Part shown: piece after piece, positions 45,504 to 54,650 of the stretch | Layout of the letters: each line of letters opens with the position of its first letter | How positions within the stretch are numbered: position 1 is the first letter of the stretch | Assembly: GCA_964490365.1 (NCBI GenBank) | Contig: CAZBAG010000001.1 | Coordinates: 56,459-120,458 of the forward strand | Length of the DNA stretch: 64,000 nucleotides | DNA from: an uncultured Candidatus Saccharibacteria bacterium | GTDB taxonomy: Bacteria; Patescibacteriota; Minisyncoccia; Phycocordibacterales; CSBR16-119 | Direction: 5' to 3' | Made by a program: the position numbers and the translations under genes | The notes under the pieces: model-generated | What the model saw: the letters and a program-made list of their open reading frames with translations, nothing else | What the model was told of the DNA's origin: nothing | Database searches by the model: none

Positions 45504-46101
45504 GTTCAAAATTATACCTTTCATTTCCTACAGTTTTTTCTTCGTCCGGAATCTCTTTCTTTATTAGATTTGTTAGTAAGTTTAGAGTCTCTTCTATTTC
45601 TCCAAGTTCTTTATATAGAGGAACAATTTCTATTTCACCTTTTTCAAGATTTTTTCTTAATCTTTCAACTCTATCTTCAGCCCCCCTCATTATTTCTACT
45701 GTAATCATGTCTCTATCTTTCGAAACAAGATCTTTTGCATTTAGGTTTTTTACAGATTTCTCTGCGCCAGACTTACTATATCTTAATTCATTTAAAATTA
45801 TTTGTCTTTCTTTTATCTCTTCTTTTAGTTTTCCGTATTCTATTCTAAGGCTATTTATTCTTTCAGTTAGTTCATTGTCTCTTTTTTCTTCTTCCCAAGA
45901 CCCGTCGTTTGCAACTGCGCCATCTCTATCGATAATTTCTCTTGTTTTAATTTCTTGATTTAAACCTCCAACAAAATCGTTAGAAGAAATATCTCCATGT
46001 ATCTCTAAATCTTTCTGTTTGTTTAAAATTTCTTCTGTACTTCTATCGTTCGGCTCAAAACCTTTTTCGTTTTTGTTAAAAATCTTTTTAAATAGTTCCA
46101 T
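45496..46101 (-). CDS. hypothetical acidic coiled-coil protein (201 aa)
   Basis: Last gene of a three-gene minus-strand operon; 7-nt spacer from the gene upstream. Confidence 0.5.
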   Translation of the reverse strand: MELFKKIFNKNEKGFEPNDRSTEEILNKQKDLEIHGDISSNDFVGGLNQEIKTREIIDRDGAVANDGSWEEEKRDNELTERINSLRIEYGKLKEEIKERQIILNELRYSKSGAEKSVKNLNAKDLVSKDRDMITVEIMRGAEDRVERLRKNLEKGEIEIVPLYKELGEIEETLNLLTNLIKKEIPDEEKTVGNERYNFEQN

Positions 46102-46108
46102 AGATTTT

Positions 46109-46459
46109 TTAGTTTAAATTAGGGTCTATTAATACCGAATCAGGGTGTATCATTTTTAGCATATCTCTTAATTCTTTTACTCTGGCCTCTATTTTTTCAT
46201 CCTGAGGCAGGGATTCGTAGTACTCTAAAGCCTCTTGTATGTCTTGAATTCTTTGTGCAATAGTTTCTGATCCGTCTTTTTCGTTACTGCTTAAAATTTT
46301 ATCTTTAGAGTTATTTTCAACACTAGCATTAAAGTTTAATTGATCTGTGTAATCTTCTAAAGAAAGTTCTTTTTCTGTCAATGAAAAATCTACATGTTCA
46401 TCAATTTTTTCATCCTTTTTAAATTTATTAATCCTTTCTGGCTTTTCAAAAAATCCCAT
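46109..46459 (-). CDS. hypothetical acidic protein (116 aa), N-terminally similar to the downstream 201-aa protein
   Basis: MGFFEKPER here versus KGFEPNDR in the other. Abuts the PfkB gene stop. Confidence 0.5.
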   Translation of the reverse strand: MGFFEKPERINKFKKDEKIDEHVDFSLTEKELSLEDYTDQLNFNASVENNSKDKILSSNEKDGSETIAQRIQDIQEALEYYESLPQDEKIEARVKELRDMLKMIHPDSVLIDPNLN

Positions 46460-46460
46460 A

Positions 46461-47459
46461 TTAATTTATTTTCTTAGGTTTGTAATAGGTTGGTGCTTTT
46501 GCCAGCCATTCCTCCAGCTTTCTTCTCCTTAAAAGACCTTTTTGTGCTCCCACATATTGTACCACGGACATTGAGTTGACTGGCCCCCACATGAGAGCTT
46601 GTTCTACAGGCATTCCCAAAGCCAAAGCCGATGTAAATGTGCTTGAAAATGAATCTCCTGCACCAGTTCGTTCAACTGGTGGTGCTGGGTCGGGATACAT
46701 CGGAATATAGAGCATGTCTTGTCCGTCATACGTGTATGCACCATCTGGGCCGTCGGTAATAACAACTATTTTAGGGCCAAGATTTTTAATGCCCGATAAA
46801 AGATTTTTAATCTCTTTGTCTTTTGAATTGAGTATTTTTTGAGCCTCTTCTTTGTTACAGAAAAAAACGTGAGAGTTTTCATATAAACTTTTTAGTTTCT
46901 CGGCACCTAAACTTATTTGAAATGTTCCCGGTTGGAAAGCAAGTTTTACGTTGTTTTCTTGTACATACTTGGCAATGTCTAATTGATAGTCTAAAGAATT
47001 TTCTGCCAGAGAAGAGAGATATATCCATTCTGGAGCTTCTGAACCGTTTAGAACATCGAGCGTGTAGTTGAATTGTGCGTGTTTAATCAAAATAGTTCGT
47101 TCTGCCTCAAAACTTAATACATAGTGATAGTTAGTCTTAAAACCATCTTGTGTTTGTACAAGATCTGTTTTGATACCGTTTTCCTTAAGCGCGGTGATGC
47201 ATTCTTTTCCATTGTCATCGTTACCAACATGCGTGATGATTGCAGATTCGAGCCCAAGTCTCGACGCAGAGACTGCGGCATTTGGACTGTTGCCAACGGC
47301 TTTTACTACTTCGACATCTTTGTAGGGAATTTTGTCTCCAAATCGCATTGAAATGGTGCAATTGTCGTCATTAATATCACAAGACACCCTTGCATCTTGT
47401 AGCTGGATAAATGCATCAGTAACAATGTCACCAATAGCTAAAAATTTTACACGTTTCAT
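46461..47459 (-). CDS. PfkB-family carbohydrate/nucleoside kinase (ribokinase-like)
   Basis: N-terminal GD motif (LAIGDIVTD) and C-terminal anion-hole motif RTGAGDSF. Start set at MKRVKF. Confidence 0.8.
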   Translation of the reverse strand: MKRVKFLAIGDIVTDAFIQLQDARVSCDINDDNCTISMRFGDKIPYKDVEVVKAVGNSPNAAVSASRLGLESAIITHVGNDDNGKECITALKENGIKTDLVQTQDGFKTNYHYVLSFEAERTILIKHAQFNYTLDVLNGSEAPEWIYLSSLAENSLDYQLDIAKYVQENNVKLAFQPGTFQISLGAEKLKSLYENSHVFFCNKEEAQKILNSKDKEIKNLLSGIKNLGPKIVVITDGPDGAYTYDGQDMLYIPMYPDPAPPVERTGAGDSFSSTFTSALALGMPVEQALMWGPVNSMSVVQYVGAQKGLLRRRKLEEWLAKAPTYYKPKKIN

Positions 47460-47589
47460 TATGAAGATATTGTAACACTTGTATGTAAGTGAGCGGGGAA
47501 TGGAATCCACAGATATTGACAACCATCTTCGAAAAGAGGTAAAATTTTCCTCTGACGTTCTTTTTCACAAACCATCAAAAACCAAAATC

Positions 47590-47922
47590 ATGACGTTGAC
47601 GCGCGCAAACATTCCGAGTATTGTTCCCGACTCACTTCATACTCGGCCCATTGAGGCTGGTGATAGGCCACCTCTTCGCTCAGTGAGTGAAATAAGGCAA
47701 CAGATTCAAACTGTCGAAGCCGAAATACAAGGACACATGAATCTTGTTGCGGCAGCCAGTCGTAGTAGTCGAAAGGGTAGCCCGGCGGGCATCGATCTCA
47801 ACAGGCTTGTTGCCAACGGACGTGGTCCGGCGTTGGAGAAAGCCCGGGAAAAACTTGGAGCGTTGCAAAAGGAATTGAAGGTTGTCGAAGATGGGGAAAA
47901 GTTACTCGTATCCTTCAAATAA
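47590..47922 (+). CDS. hypothetical protein (110 aa from MTLTRANIPS), GC-richer patch, strong terminator; an alternative upstream start at 47479 is possible
   Basis: ORF followed by a perfect 10-bp terminator. Confidence 0.4.
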   Translation: MTLTRANIPSIVPDSLHTRPIEAGDRPPLRSVSEIRQQIQTVEAEIQGHMNLVAAASRSSRKGSPAGIDLNRLVANGRGPALEKAREKLGALQKELKVVEDGEKLLVSFK

Positions 47923-47936
47923 GCTTACAAGGCTTG

Positions 47937-47970
47937 AAAAGCCATCCACATACCAGTGGATGGCTTTTTT
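47937..47970 (+). terminator. intrinsic terminator (AGCCATCCAC-atacca-GTGGATGGCT, then TTTTTT)
   Basis: Perfect 10-bp stem followed by T6. Confidence 0.85.
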
Positions 47971-47978
47971 GCTATACT

Positions 47979-48248
47979 ATGTTCATGAACAACGAAAAAC
48001 CTAAAAATCCACATTTACGAATTGAATATATGAAAGATGGCCTTGGTGAAAAGAGCGACTCAAAGGCTGAAGATATTGATTTTTCAGTTCCACAAGAAAT
48101 TACTCCTGAATTTTTGAGTAAAATAGAATTGTCTAACCCAGAGAAAGAACAAGAAAAAAACGAACTTTTAAAAATGTTAAGCGAAGAAACTGATCTAGAG
48201 AAAAGACAACAAATACAATTCGCATTACGGCAGTTACTTCTATCATAA
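47979..48248 (+). CDS. hypothetical small protein (about 89 aa, starting MFMNNEKPKN)
   Basis: The ORF-track start at 47934 lies inside the terminator hairpin, so the start was moved to the first ATG after the TATACT box. Confidence 0.4.
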   Translation: MFMNNEKPKNPHLRIEYMKDGLGEKSDSKAEDIDFSVPQEITPEFLSKIELSNPEKEQEKNELLKMLSEETDLEKRQQIQFALRQLLLS

Positions 48249-49955
48249 ATGTTTAAAGAAGAACTTAAAAAACTTATACAAGGTGATGTTGAGAACACAC
48301 GAGATGTTCTACAAAAATATAGTCATGACTATAGTATTTTTGAAGTGCCGCCCGAAGTAATTGTCTTTCCAAAAGATTCAGAGGATGTAAAAAATCTTGT
48401 AAAATTTGTAAATAAAAAAAGAGAGCAGGGATATTTCTATGTTTCTCTGACTCCTCGTGGTGCTGGTACGTGTATGTCAGGTGGGTCTTTGAATACATCC
48501 ATTATCATGGATATGGTGCGATATATGGGTGGTGTGCTTGAAGTTAAGACTGTAACGCCATATTCTCAAAAGTCACCAACCAACAAAACCTATAACATTT
48601 CTGGGGAAGCGAGAGTGTTGCCAGGAACGTTCTATCGAGATTTTGAAAAAGAAACCTTAAAGCAAAAGCTTATTATGCCGTGCTATCCAGCATCGAAAAA
48701 TCTTTGCAGTGTTGGTGGTATGGTTGCAAACAATGGAGCAGGAGAAAAAAGCCTCAAGTACGGACAAAATAAAGATTTTGTGAAGAGTCTCAAAGTTGTT
48801 TTAGATGACGGTGAAGAGTACGAAGTTGCTCCCATGACCAAAGAACAGCTTGAGGCTCGGTCTCTCGAAGAGAATTCGTTTGGTCGTATTTGTCGACGTG
48901 TTTGGAATGTTGTAAAAAGAAGCGCGGAAGATATACAAAACAGTAAACCAAAAACATCTAAAAACTCTTCTGGGTATTTGCTGTGGGATGTATGGGACGA
49001 AAACAAAAAACTCTTTGACCTGACCAAGCTTTTTGTTGGAGCACAGGGTACAACAGGTATTATCACAGAAATTACCTACAAACTTGTTTCGACAGAAAAC
49101 CACTCCGATCTTCTTGTTGTCTTTGTAAAAGATTTGAAGCAGGTTCCAGAGCTCACAAAAGAGTTGCTTACGTTTGATCTAGAGAGTCTTGAAGTATACG
49201 ACGACAACACTATAAAATTTGCAGTGAAGTTTTTTAGGAGCTTTTTGAAAGATAAAGGTGTTAGTGGGCTCTTTCGCTACATGATCAACTTCCTTCCAGA
49301 ATTCTTTATGGTTCTTCGTGGTGGTATGCCAAAACTTATTGTACTTGCAGAGTTTGTCTCAAATGATGCTTTTGAAATTCACCAAGAGGCGCTTGCTGCC
49401 GAGCGTCACATAGCACATCTTGGGCTTCGAAGTAGAGTTACAAAATCAGAAGCAGAAAGAAATAAGTATTTTGATATTCGACGAGATAGTTTCAAACTTC
49501 TTTCAGATCACTCAAAGGGTACAAAAACAGCACCTTTCATAGATGACATTGCGATACTTCCAGAATATTTGCCACAATACTTACCAGAACTTATAAAAAT
49601 TTTGGATCGAGAAAAATTGCTCTACACGATTGCGGGGCACTTGGGAAATGGAAACCTTCACATCATTCCACTTATGGATTTTAATAACAGAGCAACTCAA
49701 GAAATTATCGTACGGATTTCGCCTGAAGTGTATGCGCTCGTAAAAAAATATAACGGTACGATAACCGCAGAGCACAATGATGGCATTATACGAACACCGT
49801 TTGTTTCGCTCATGTTTGGTGAAAAAATGTACGGAATATTTTCTGAAATTAAAGAAATATGTGACACGCATAACATCTTTAATCCTGGTAAAAAAGTCGG
49901 AGGAACTCTTGACGATATTCAAAAATATATTGTTCAACCAAAAAAATCTCAGTAA
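48249..49955 (+). CDS. FAD-binding oxidoreductase (PCMH-type FAD-binding domain; GlcD / D-lactate dehydrogenase-like)
   Basis: PRGAGTCMSGGS and CSVGGMVANNAGGEKSLKYG motifs. Confidence 0.7.
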   Translation: MFKEELKKLIQGDVENTRDVLQKYSHDYSIFEVPPEVIVFPKDSEDVKNLVKFVNKKREQGYFYVSLTPRGAGTCMSGGSLNTSIIMDMVRYMGGVLEVKTVTPYSQKSPTNKTYNISGEARVLPGTFYRDFEKETLKQKLIMPCYPASKNLCSVGGMVANNGAGEKSLKYGQNKDFVKSLKVVLDDGEEYEVAPMTKEQLEARSLEENSFGRICRRVWNVVKRSAEDIQNSKPKTSKNSSGYLLWDVWDENKKLFDLTKLFVGAQGTTGIITEITYKLVSTENHSDLLVVFVKDLKQVPELTKELLTFDLESLEVYDDNTIKFAVKFFRSFLKDKGVSGLFRYMINFLPEFFMVLRGGMPKLIVLAEFVSNDAFEIHQEALAAERHIAHLGLRSRVTKSEAERNKYFDIRRDSFKLLSDHSKGTKTAPFIDDIAILPEYLPQYLPELIKILDREKLLYTIAGHLGNGNLHIIPLMDFNNRATQEIIVRISPEVYALVKKYNGTITAEHNDGIIRTPFVSLMFGEKMYGIFSEIKEICDTHNIFNPGKKVGGTLDDIQKYIVQPKKSQ

Positions 49956-50268
49956 CAGAAAAATTTCTGTAATGTTTTAAAACAACTCGCGTCAGTACAT
50001 ATGTAACGTAATGTTATATATGTATGGAACGATTTAAAGAAAATATACAATTAAGACAGAAACAAAACATCGTATCCACGGTACTTATGATTTGTTTTCT
50101 TCTGCTCGCACTCGCATTTTGGAAAGCGGGCGAAAAGACTTTGTTTTCTGACCATACAAACAGAGATATCAGCAATATGGTGAGCCAAAGTTCTGAGTAA
50201 CATCCCTCATATTGGGGATGCTTCATTGCGGGTGGACTTTTTTAGATTTTTGTTTATAATACTCCGAT

Positions 50269-50913
50269 ATGACAACTTTAAACGCAAATGTACGAAACGT
50301 ACTAAACAAATCTGAAAATAAAGCTTTGCGAGAATCAGATAAGATTCCAGCTGTTTTCTATGGATTTAAAAAGGATGTAGCATCGTTATCAGTAGATAAA
50401 AAGGAGTTCTCAGCTGTTTTTAAAGAGGCTGGAGAAACTTCAACAATTACCCTAAAGACTTCAGGCGGTGAGTTCAATGCCATGATTCACGACGTTCAGG
50501 TTGATCCTGTAAACGGGGAAGTGATTCACGTTGATTTTCTTGCTGTTGATATGAATAAACCTATCGAAGTTCCAGTACCACTAGAATTTACTGGTGAATC
50601 GTCTGCGGTAAAGGGCGGTGGAGTATTGGTAAAAGTATTGCACGAAGTATCTGTTTCAGCGCTTCCTGCAAATATTCCACAACACCTTGAAGTTGATATC
50701 TCTAAATTATCTACAATTGATGATACAATAACTCTAGGGGACATTACACTACCAAAAGGCGTGAACTTCACTGAAGAAGATATGTCTGTCGTAGTTGCCT
50801 CTGTAACAGCACAACAAGAAGAATCAGAAACTCCAACAGAAATGAATCTTGACGCGATTGAAGTTGAAAAGAAAGGTAAGAAAGAAGAAGACGGAGAATC
50901 TGAGGCAAAATAA
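50269..50913 (+). CDS. rplY: 50S ribosomal protein L25 / general stress protein Ctc
   Basis: Conserved L25 N-terminal domain plus an acidic C-terminal extension. A TATAAT box ends 8 nt before the ATG. Confidence 0.85.
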   Translation: MTTLNANVRNVLNKSENKALRESDKIPAVFYGFKKDVASLSVDKKEFSAVFKEAGETSTITLKTSGGEFNAMIHDVQVDPVNGEVIHVDFLAVDMNKPIEVPVPLEFTGESSAVKGGGVLVKVLHEVSVSALPANIPQHLEVDISKLSTIDDTITLGDITLPKGVNFTEEDMSVVVASVTAQQEESETPTEMNLDAIEVEKKGKKEEDGESEAK

Positions 50914-50938
50914 TAACCTTGTTGTGTTCATATATTCT

Positions 50939-52303
50939 ATGTTCACAATTCATACTTCACAAAAAAATAATTTTTTCATAAAAAGCATCACACTTTTGCT
51001 CGTGGTGCTTTTTATGTGGACGTCAATTCCACAGGTACAAGCACAGCTTTCAGACGATGAACGAGCGGAACTTGAATCAGAACTAGCAGATCTTGAAAAA
51101 GAGATTAAAGCACAGGAGGCAATTTTATCTGGACAAAAGACTAAGTCTGCATCACTTCAACGAGATATTGCGCTATTGCAGGCTAAAATTACTGCAGCTA
51201 AATCAAAAATCCAGCAAAAAGATCTTCAAATCAAAAAAATTGGCAGTGAAATCAAGAATAAGAATGAGACTATTAATGATTTAAACGAAGATATTAATGC
51301 TGGTAAAGAATCACTCGCGCAACTCATTAAGAAGACCAATGAAATGGACTATGTAACGTTTACTCATGCAGTACTGAGTTCAGAATCAATCTCTGATTTT
51401 TATGGAGACATTAATACCTATTCATCACTGAAAAAATCGGTACAAGATTCAGTAAATCAAGTTCGCGGTGTCAAAGTTGAAACGGAAACAGTTAAGAAAC
51501 AGCTTGAAGTAAAACAAAACGAAGAAATTGATGCTAAAAAGGCAATCGAACAAGAAAAATCTACCGTAGAAAAAAGTGAAAAAGATCAAAAAACTCTTCT
51601 TTCAATCAGTAAAAACCAAGAAGCTGAGTATGCAAAAGTACTTGCTGATCGACAAGCAAAGGCCGCTGGTATTCGAGCAAAACTCTTCGAACTTCGAGGT
51701 CAAGGAGCTATTCCGTTTGGACAAGCATATGAATACGCAAAAGTTGCAAGTAAAGCAACAGGTGTGAGACCAGCATACATTTTGGCGATTTTGAAACAAG
51801 AATCAAATCTTGGTGCCAATGTTGGAACATGTAACAGGCCGGGAGATTCACGAACATGGAAAGATATTATGCCAGGACCTGATAGTGGTTCTTGGAGAGA
51901 TGATCAGTCAGCATTTCTCCGTATTACAAAAAAACTTGGCATGAGCGCGGACGGACAACCACTTTCATGTCCGCTTTCAACAGGTGGTTGGGGTGGGGCA
52001 ATGGGACCTTCTCAGTTTATTCCAACAACATGGGAAAGTTATGAAAATAGAGTTGCCGCGGCTGTTGGCGCAAGCGTAGCAAACCCTTGGAATCCTGCAC
52101 ACGCAGTAACTGCTACAGCGCTCTATGTGAAAGATTTAGGTGCAGCGGCTCAAACCTATACCGCAGAACGTGAAGCCGCGTGTAAATACTATTCAGGACG
52201 AGGATGTACTGCTCCAGGTGTTGTAAATGCCTTTTATGGTAATGCTGTGATGACGCACGCAACTGCTATTCAAAAAGACATTGATGTGTTGGAGAGCTTT
52301 TAG
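50939..52303 (+). CDS. secreted coiled-coil protein with a C-terminal lytic transglycosylase / lysozyme-like (SLT) domain
   Basis: Signal/TM segment, a coiled coil of about 250 aa, then the catalytic motifs AILKQESN and GAMGPSQFIPTTW. Start set at MFTIHTS to avoid overlap with rplY. Confidence 0.6.
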   Translation: MFTIHTSQKNNFFIKSITLLLVVLFMWTSIPQVQAQLSDDERAELESELADLEKEIKAQEAILSGQKTKSASLQRDIALLQAKITAAKSKIQQKDLQIKKIGSEIKNKNETINDLNEDINAGKESLAQLIKKTNEMDYVTFTHAVLSSESISDFYGDINTYSSLKKSVQDSVNQVRGVKVETETVKKQLEVKQNEEIDAKKAIEQEKSTVEKSEKDQKTLLSISKNQEAEYAKVLADRQAKAAGIRAKLFELRGQGAIPFGQAYEYAKVASKATGVRPAYILAILKQESNLGANVGTCNRPGDSRTWKDIMPGPDSGSWRDDQSAFLRITKKLGMSADGQPLSCPLSTGGWGGAMGPSQFIPTTWESYENRVAAAVGASVANPWNPAHAVTATALYVKDLGAAAQTYTAEREAACKYYSGRGCTAPGVVNAFYGNAVMTHATAIQKDIDVLESF

Positions 52304-52320
52304 TTGATATAAAAAAGAAG

Positions 52321-52348
52321 AAAGCCCGCACCGAAGGTGCGGGCTTTC
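52321..52348. terminator. terminator hairpin GCCCGCACC-gaag-GGTGCGGGC (copy 2, identical to 28493-28522)
   Basis: Exact 27-nt match to copy 1, AAAGCCCGCACCGAAGGTGCGGGCTTT. Confidence 0.8.
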
Positions 52349-52360
52349 TGATGAGGGTTC

Positions 52361-52753
52361 CTAGAACCATTCATCAGGGTCAGTCATGTTCCCCATATCG
52401 AGCTCAGCTAGAGCGAGCATTTTGCGCTCCTGAGCTTCTCGGTCAGCGTGATCTACCAACGCATGGTGTGATTCTTCTGGGTTAAGAATCTGATCTCCTC
52501 GATGAGCCGTCTCATGCATCCTACGGAAGAAGTTCTTCCTTCCGTGCGCACGATCGATGGCGTTCATGTCTTCCTCGTGTTCTTGCCAACGTTCCCTCGG
52601 GGTGAGGAAGTTGTTTACAAAATCCTCGTAGTCCTCATGAGCTTGTTCCGCTTCGGCAATTCCTTCTTGAAGTTCTTGTTCAGAGGTCATATGTTCGAGA
52701 GCAACCTCATCGTTCAAACGCTTGGTTTTATTGCGGTTGTATGTCCGTGCCAT
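52361..52753 (-). CDS. hypothetical acidic/His-rich protein (about 130 aa from MARTYNRNK), GC-richer patch
   Basis: ORF ending at the shared hairpin. Confidence 0.45.
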   Translation of the reverse strand: MARTYNRNKTKRLNDEVALEHMTSEQELQEGIAEAEQAHEDYEDFVNNFLTPRERWQEHEEDMNAIDRAHGRKNFFRRMHETAHRGDQILNPEESHHALVDHADREAQERKMLALAELDMGNMTDPDEWF

Positions 52754-52888
52754 AGTGTATATGGTTTGGTGTTTGTACTTGGTTCTTACATATAATATAG
52801 CATATTTAATACTTTTTGTCAATATTAGAGAATATGTTGATTTTAAGCCTTGTCAAAGAAAAACCCGTATGTTAATATCTCTTCTGTT

Positions 52889-53152
52889 ATGAAAAAAGAC
52901 ATTCACCCAGAAAACTATCGACAAGTAATCTTTCAAGACGTTACGTCAGGAGAGATGTTTTTAATTGGTTCAACCGTTAAAACATCTGAAAAGGGTAAGT
53001 TTGAAGGAAAAGAATATGACCTTGTAAAAGTTGAAATCTCTAGTGCTTCACACCCATTTTACACAGGAAAAGAAACAGTACTCGATACTGCAGGACGAGT
53101 AGATAAATTCAAACAACGAGCATCAAAGGTTGCAAAATCTAAGAAAGCGTAA
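52889..53152 (+). CDS. rpmE: 50S ribosomal protein L31 (non-zinc type B-like)
   Basis: [13 protein letters not shown] ... [11 protein letters not shown]. Start set at the internal Met. Confidence 0.85.
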   Translation: MKKDIHPENYRQVIFQDVTSGEMFLIGSTVKTSEKGKFEGKEYDLVKVEISSASHPFYTGKETVLDTAGRVDKFKQRASKVAKSKKA

Positions 53153-53206
53153 ATACAGTACAACTTAAGGAGGGCTTCTCGGCCTTCTTTTTGTTATCAT
53201 ATACCT

Positions 53207-54163
53207 ATGGAACTTAACTTCGAAGAATTAAAATCAAATCACAAGACAAGTTTTCTCGCATCTGAATACGAGCGTCTTGTGCGTGAGAAAGAATCGACAG
53301 AGCAAATGCTTCAAGACGACCCTTCAATGAAAGACATGATAGAAGAGGAGCTCAAGAATATGGATGTACAGATTGAAGGACTAAGAGCTCAGCTCGAAGC
53401 TATTGTTATATCAGAACGGGAAGAAGAAAAATTTCCGAATGAAATTATGCTCGAAGTCAGGGCAGGGGCAGGGGGCGATGAAGCTTCTTTGTTTGCATAT
53501 CAACTTGCCGAAATGTATCAACGGTTTGCAGAAAAGCAGGGTTGGCAATGGAAGACAGAATATGAATCAATGAACGATGTCGGCGGATACAAAGAAGCGG
53601 CGTTTGAAGTGAAAGGAAAAGATGTCTATAAAAAACTTCGTTTTGAAACAGGGGTACATCGAGTGCAACGAATTCCTGCTACTGAAAAGCAAGGCCGCAT
53701 TCACACCTCAACGGCGTCAGTTGCGGTTTTGCCACTCTACAAGAAAACAACAATTGTTTTGAATGAAGCAGATCTTGAATTCGAAACATCTCGTTCTGGT
53801 GGGGCAGGAGGGCAAAACGTAAACAAAGTTGAAACTGCGGTTCGTGTTATTCACAAGCCAACTGGCTTTGATGTTAGATCAACCTCTGAGCGAACTCAAT
53901 TAAAAAACAGAGAGAAAGCGCTTGAGCTATTGCGTTCACGATTACAACAAGCAAAAGATGACGAAGAGGCAAAAAAATATTCCGCAGACAGAGCTTCTCA
54001 AATTGGAACTGCAGATCGTTCAGAAAAAATTCGAACATACAATTTCCCACAAGACCGTTTAACTGATCATCGTATTAAGGAATCGTGGAGTAACTTGCCA
54101 TCGCTCATGCTTGGTAATATTGATTCAGTGATCCAAAGTTTTACAGAAGAATCAGCTTCGTGA
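53207..54163 (+). CDS. prfA: peptide chain release factor 1
   Basis: PAT tripeptide context ([17 protein letters not shown]) and GGQ motif ([17 protein letters not shown]). Confidence 0.85.
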   Translation: MELNFEELKSNHKTSFLASEYERLVREKESTEQMLQDDPSMKDMIEEELKNMDVQIEGLRAQLEAIVISEREEEKFPNEIMLEVRAGAGGDEASLFAYQLAEMYQRFAEKQGWQWKTEYESMNDVGGYKEAAFEVKGKDVYKKLRFETGVHRVQRIPATEKQGRIHTSTASVAVLPLYKKTTIVLNEADLEFETSRSGGAGGQNVNKVETAVRVIHKPTGFDVRSTSERTQLKNREKALELLRSRLQQAKDDEEAKKYSADRASQIGTADRSEKIRTYNFPQDRLTDHRIKESWSNLPSLMLGNIDSVIQSFTEESAS

Positions 54164-54375
54164 TATAGTAGTAGCCAAGAGTGCACCTTTTTGTCTCACC
54201 GACAATGCGGAGGCGGTCAAACTCCTTAGGCCTCCGGTTAGTGTTTACTAACAAAAAGGAGATGTGCTATCTCAGGGAAGCACCCCTGGAGGGGCGGTCG
54301 TACAAAGGACCGCCCCTTAAAGTTTTTATATTGAAATTATTATCTATCTTTGGTATAGTATTTTTTGTCCAGTAC

Positions 54376-54420
54376 GCGCGTGTAGTAGAGCTCGTGGTGC
54401 GGGAAATCGACTGACTTCTT
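54376..54420 (+). other. decayed tRNA-Ile 5'-fragment (pseudo-tRNA)
   Basis: GCGCGTGTAG at 54376-54385 equals tRNA positions 1-10, and AATCGACTGA at 54405-54414 equals the anticodon-stem 5' side. The remainder is not tRNA-like. Confidence 0.5.
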
Positions 54421-54474
54421 ACAGAAGTGGTACACCTTTTGGATAATTTGTTTTTTACAATTTGTTAGTTTCGT

Positions 54475-54547
54475 GCGCGTGTAGCTCAGCTGGTAGAGCA
54501 ATCGACTGATACTCGGTAGGTCCCAGGTTCGACCCCTGGCACGCGCA
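54475..54547 (+). tRNA. tRNA-Ile (anticodon GAT)
   Basis: Hand-folded: acceptor GCGCGTG/CACGCGC, D-arm GCTC-AGCTGGTA-GAGC, anticodon stem ATCGA/TCGGT with loop CTGATAC, T-arm CCAGG-TTCGACC-CCTGG, discriminator A. Confidence 0.85.
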
Positions 54548-54614
54548 CGAAGTTCGTAAATTAAAACAAATTACCTCAAAAGGTTTTACGAAAGTGTCTG
54601 TACACTTTCTCACG

Positions 54615-54648
54615 CGATAGGTCCCAGGTAGGACCCCTGGCACGTGCA
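54615..54648 (+). repeat. direct repeat of the tRNA-Ile 3' portion, about 30 of 35 nt identical, with a degenerate T-loop
   Basis: GCGATAGGTCCCAGGTAGGACCCCTGGCACGTGCA here versus TCGGTAGGTCCCAGGTTCGACCCCTGGCACGCGCA in the tRNA. Confidence 0.6.
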
Positions 54649-54650
54649 CA

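Noticed and set aside
50021-50200. Apparent 58-aa membrane micro-ORF upstream of rplY
   Set aside because: Careful recount shows an in-frame TAA at 50036-50038. Only a 37-codon ORF from ATG 50087 remains (MICFLLLALAFWKAGEKTLFSDHTNRDISNMVSQSSE), which is too weakly supported to list as a feature.
54164-54340. SRP (4.5S) RNA or RNase P RNA downstream of prfA
   Set aside because: A GGAAGCA string is present, but the flanking GNRA tetraloop/helix-8 context of SRP RNA is missing. No RNase P P4 (AGGAAAGUCCGGGCUCC-like) motif. The region is kept only as an unassigned structured element.
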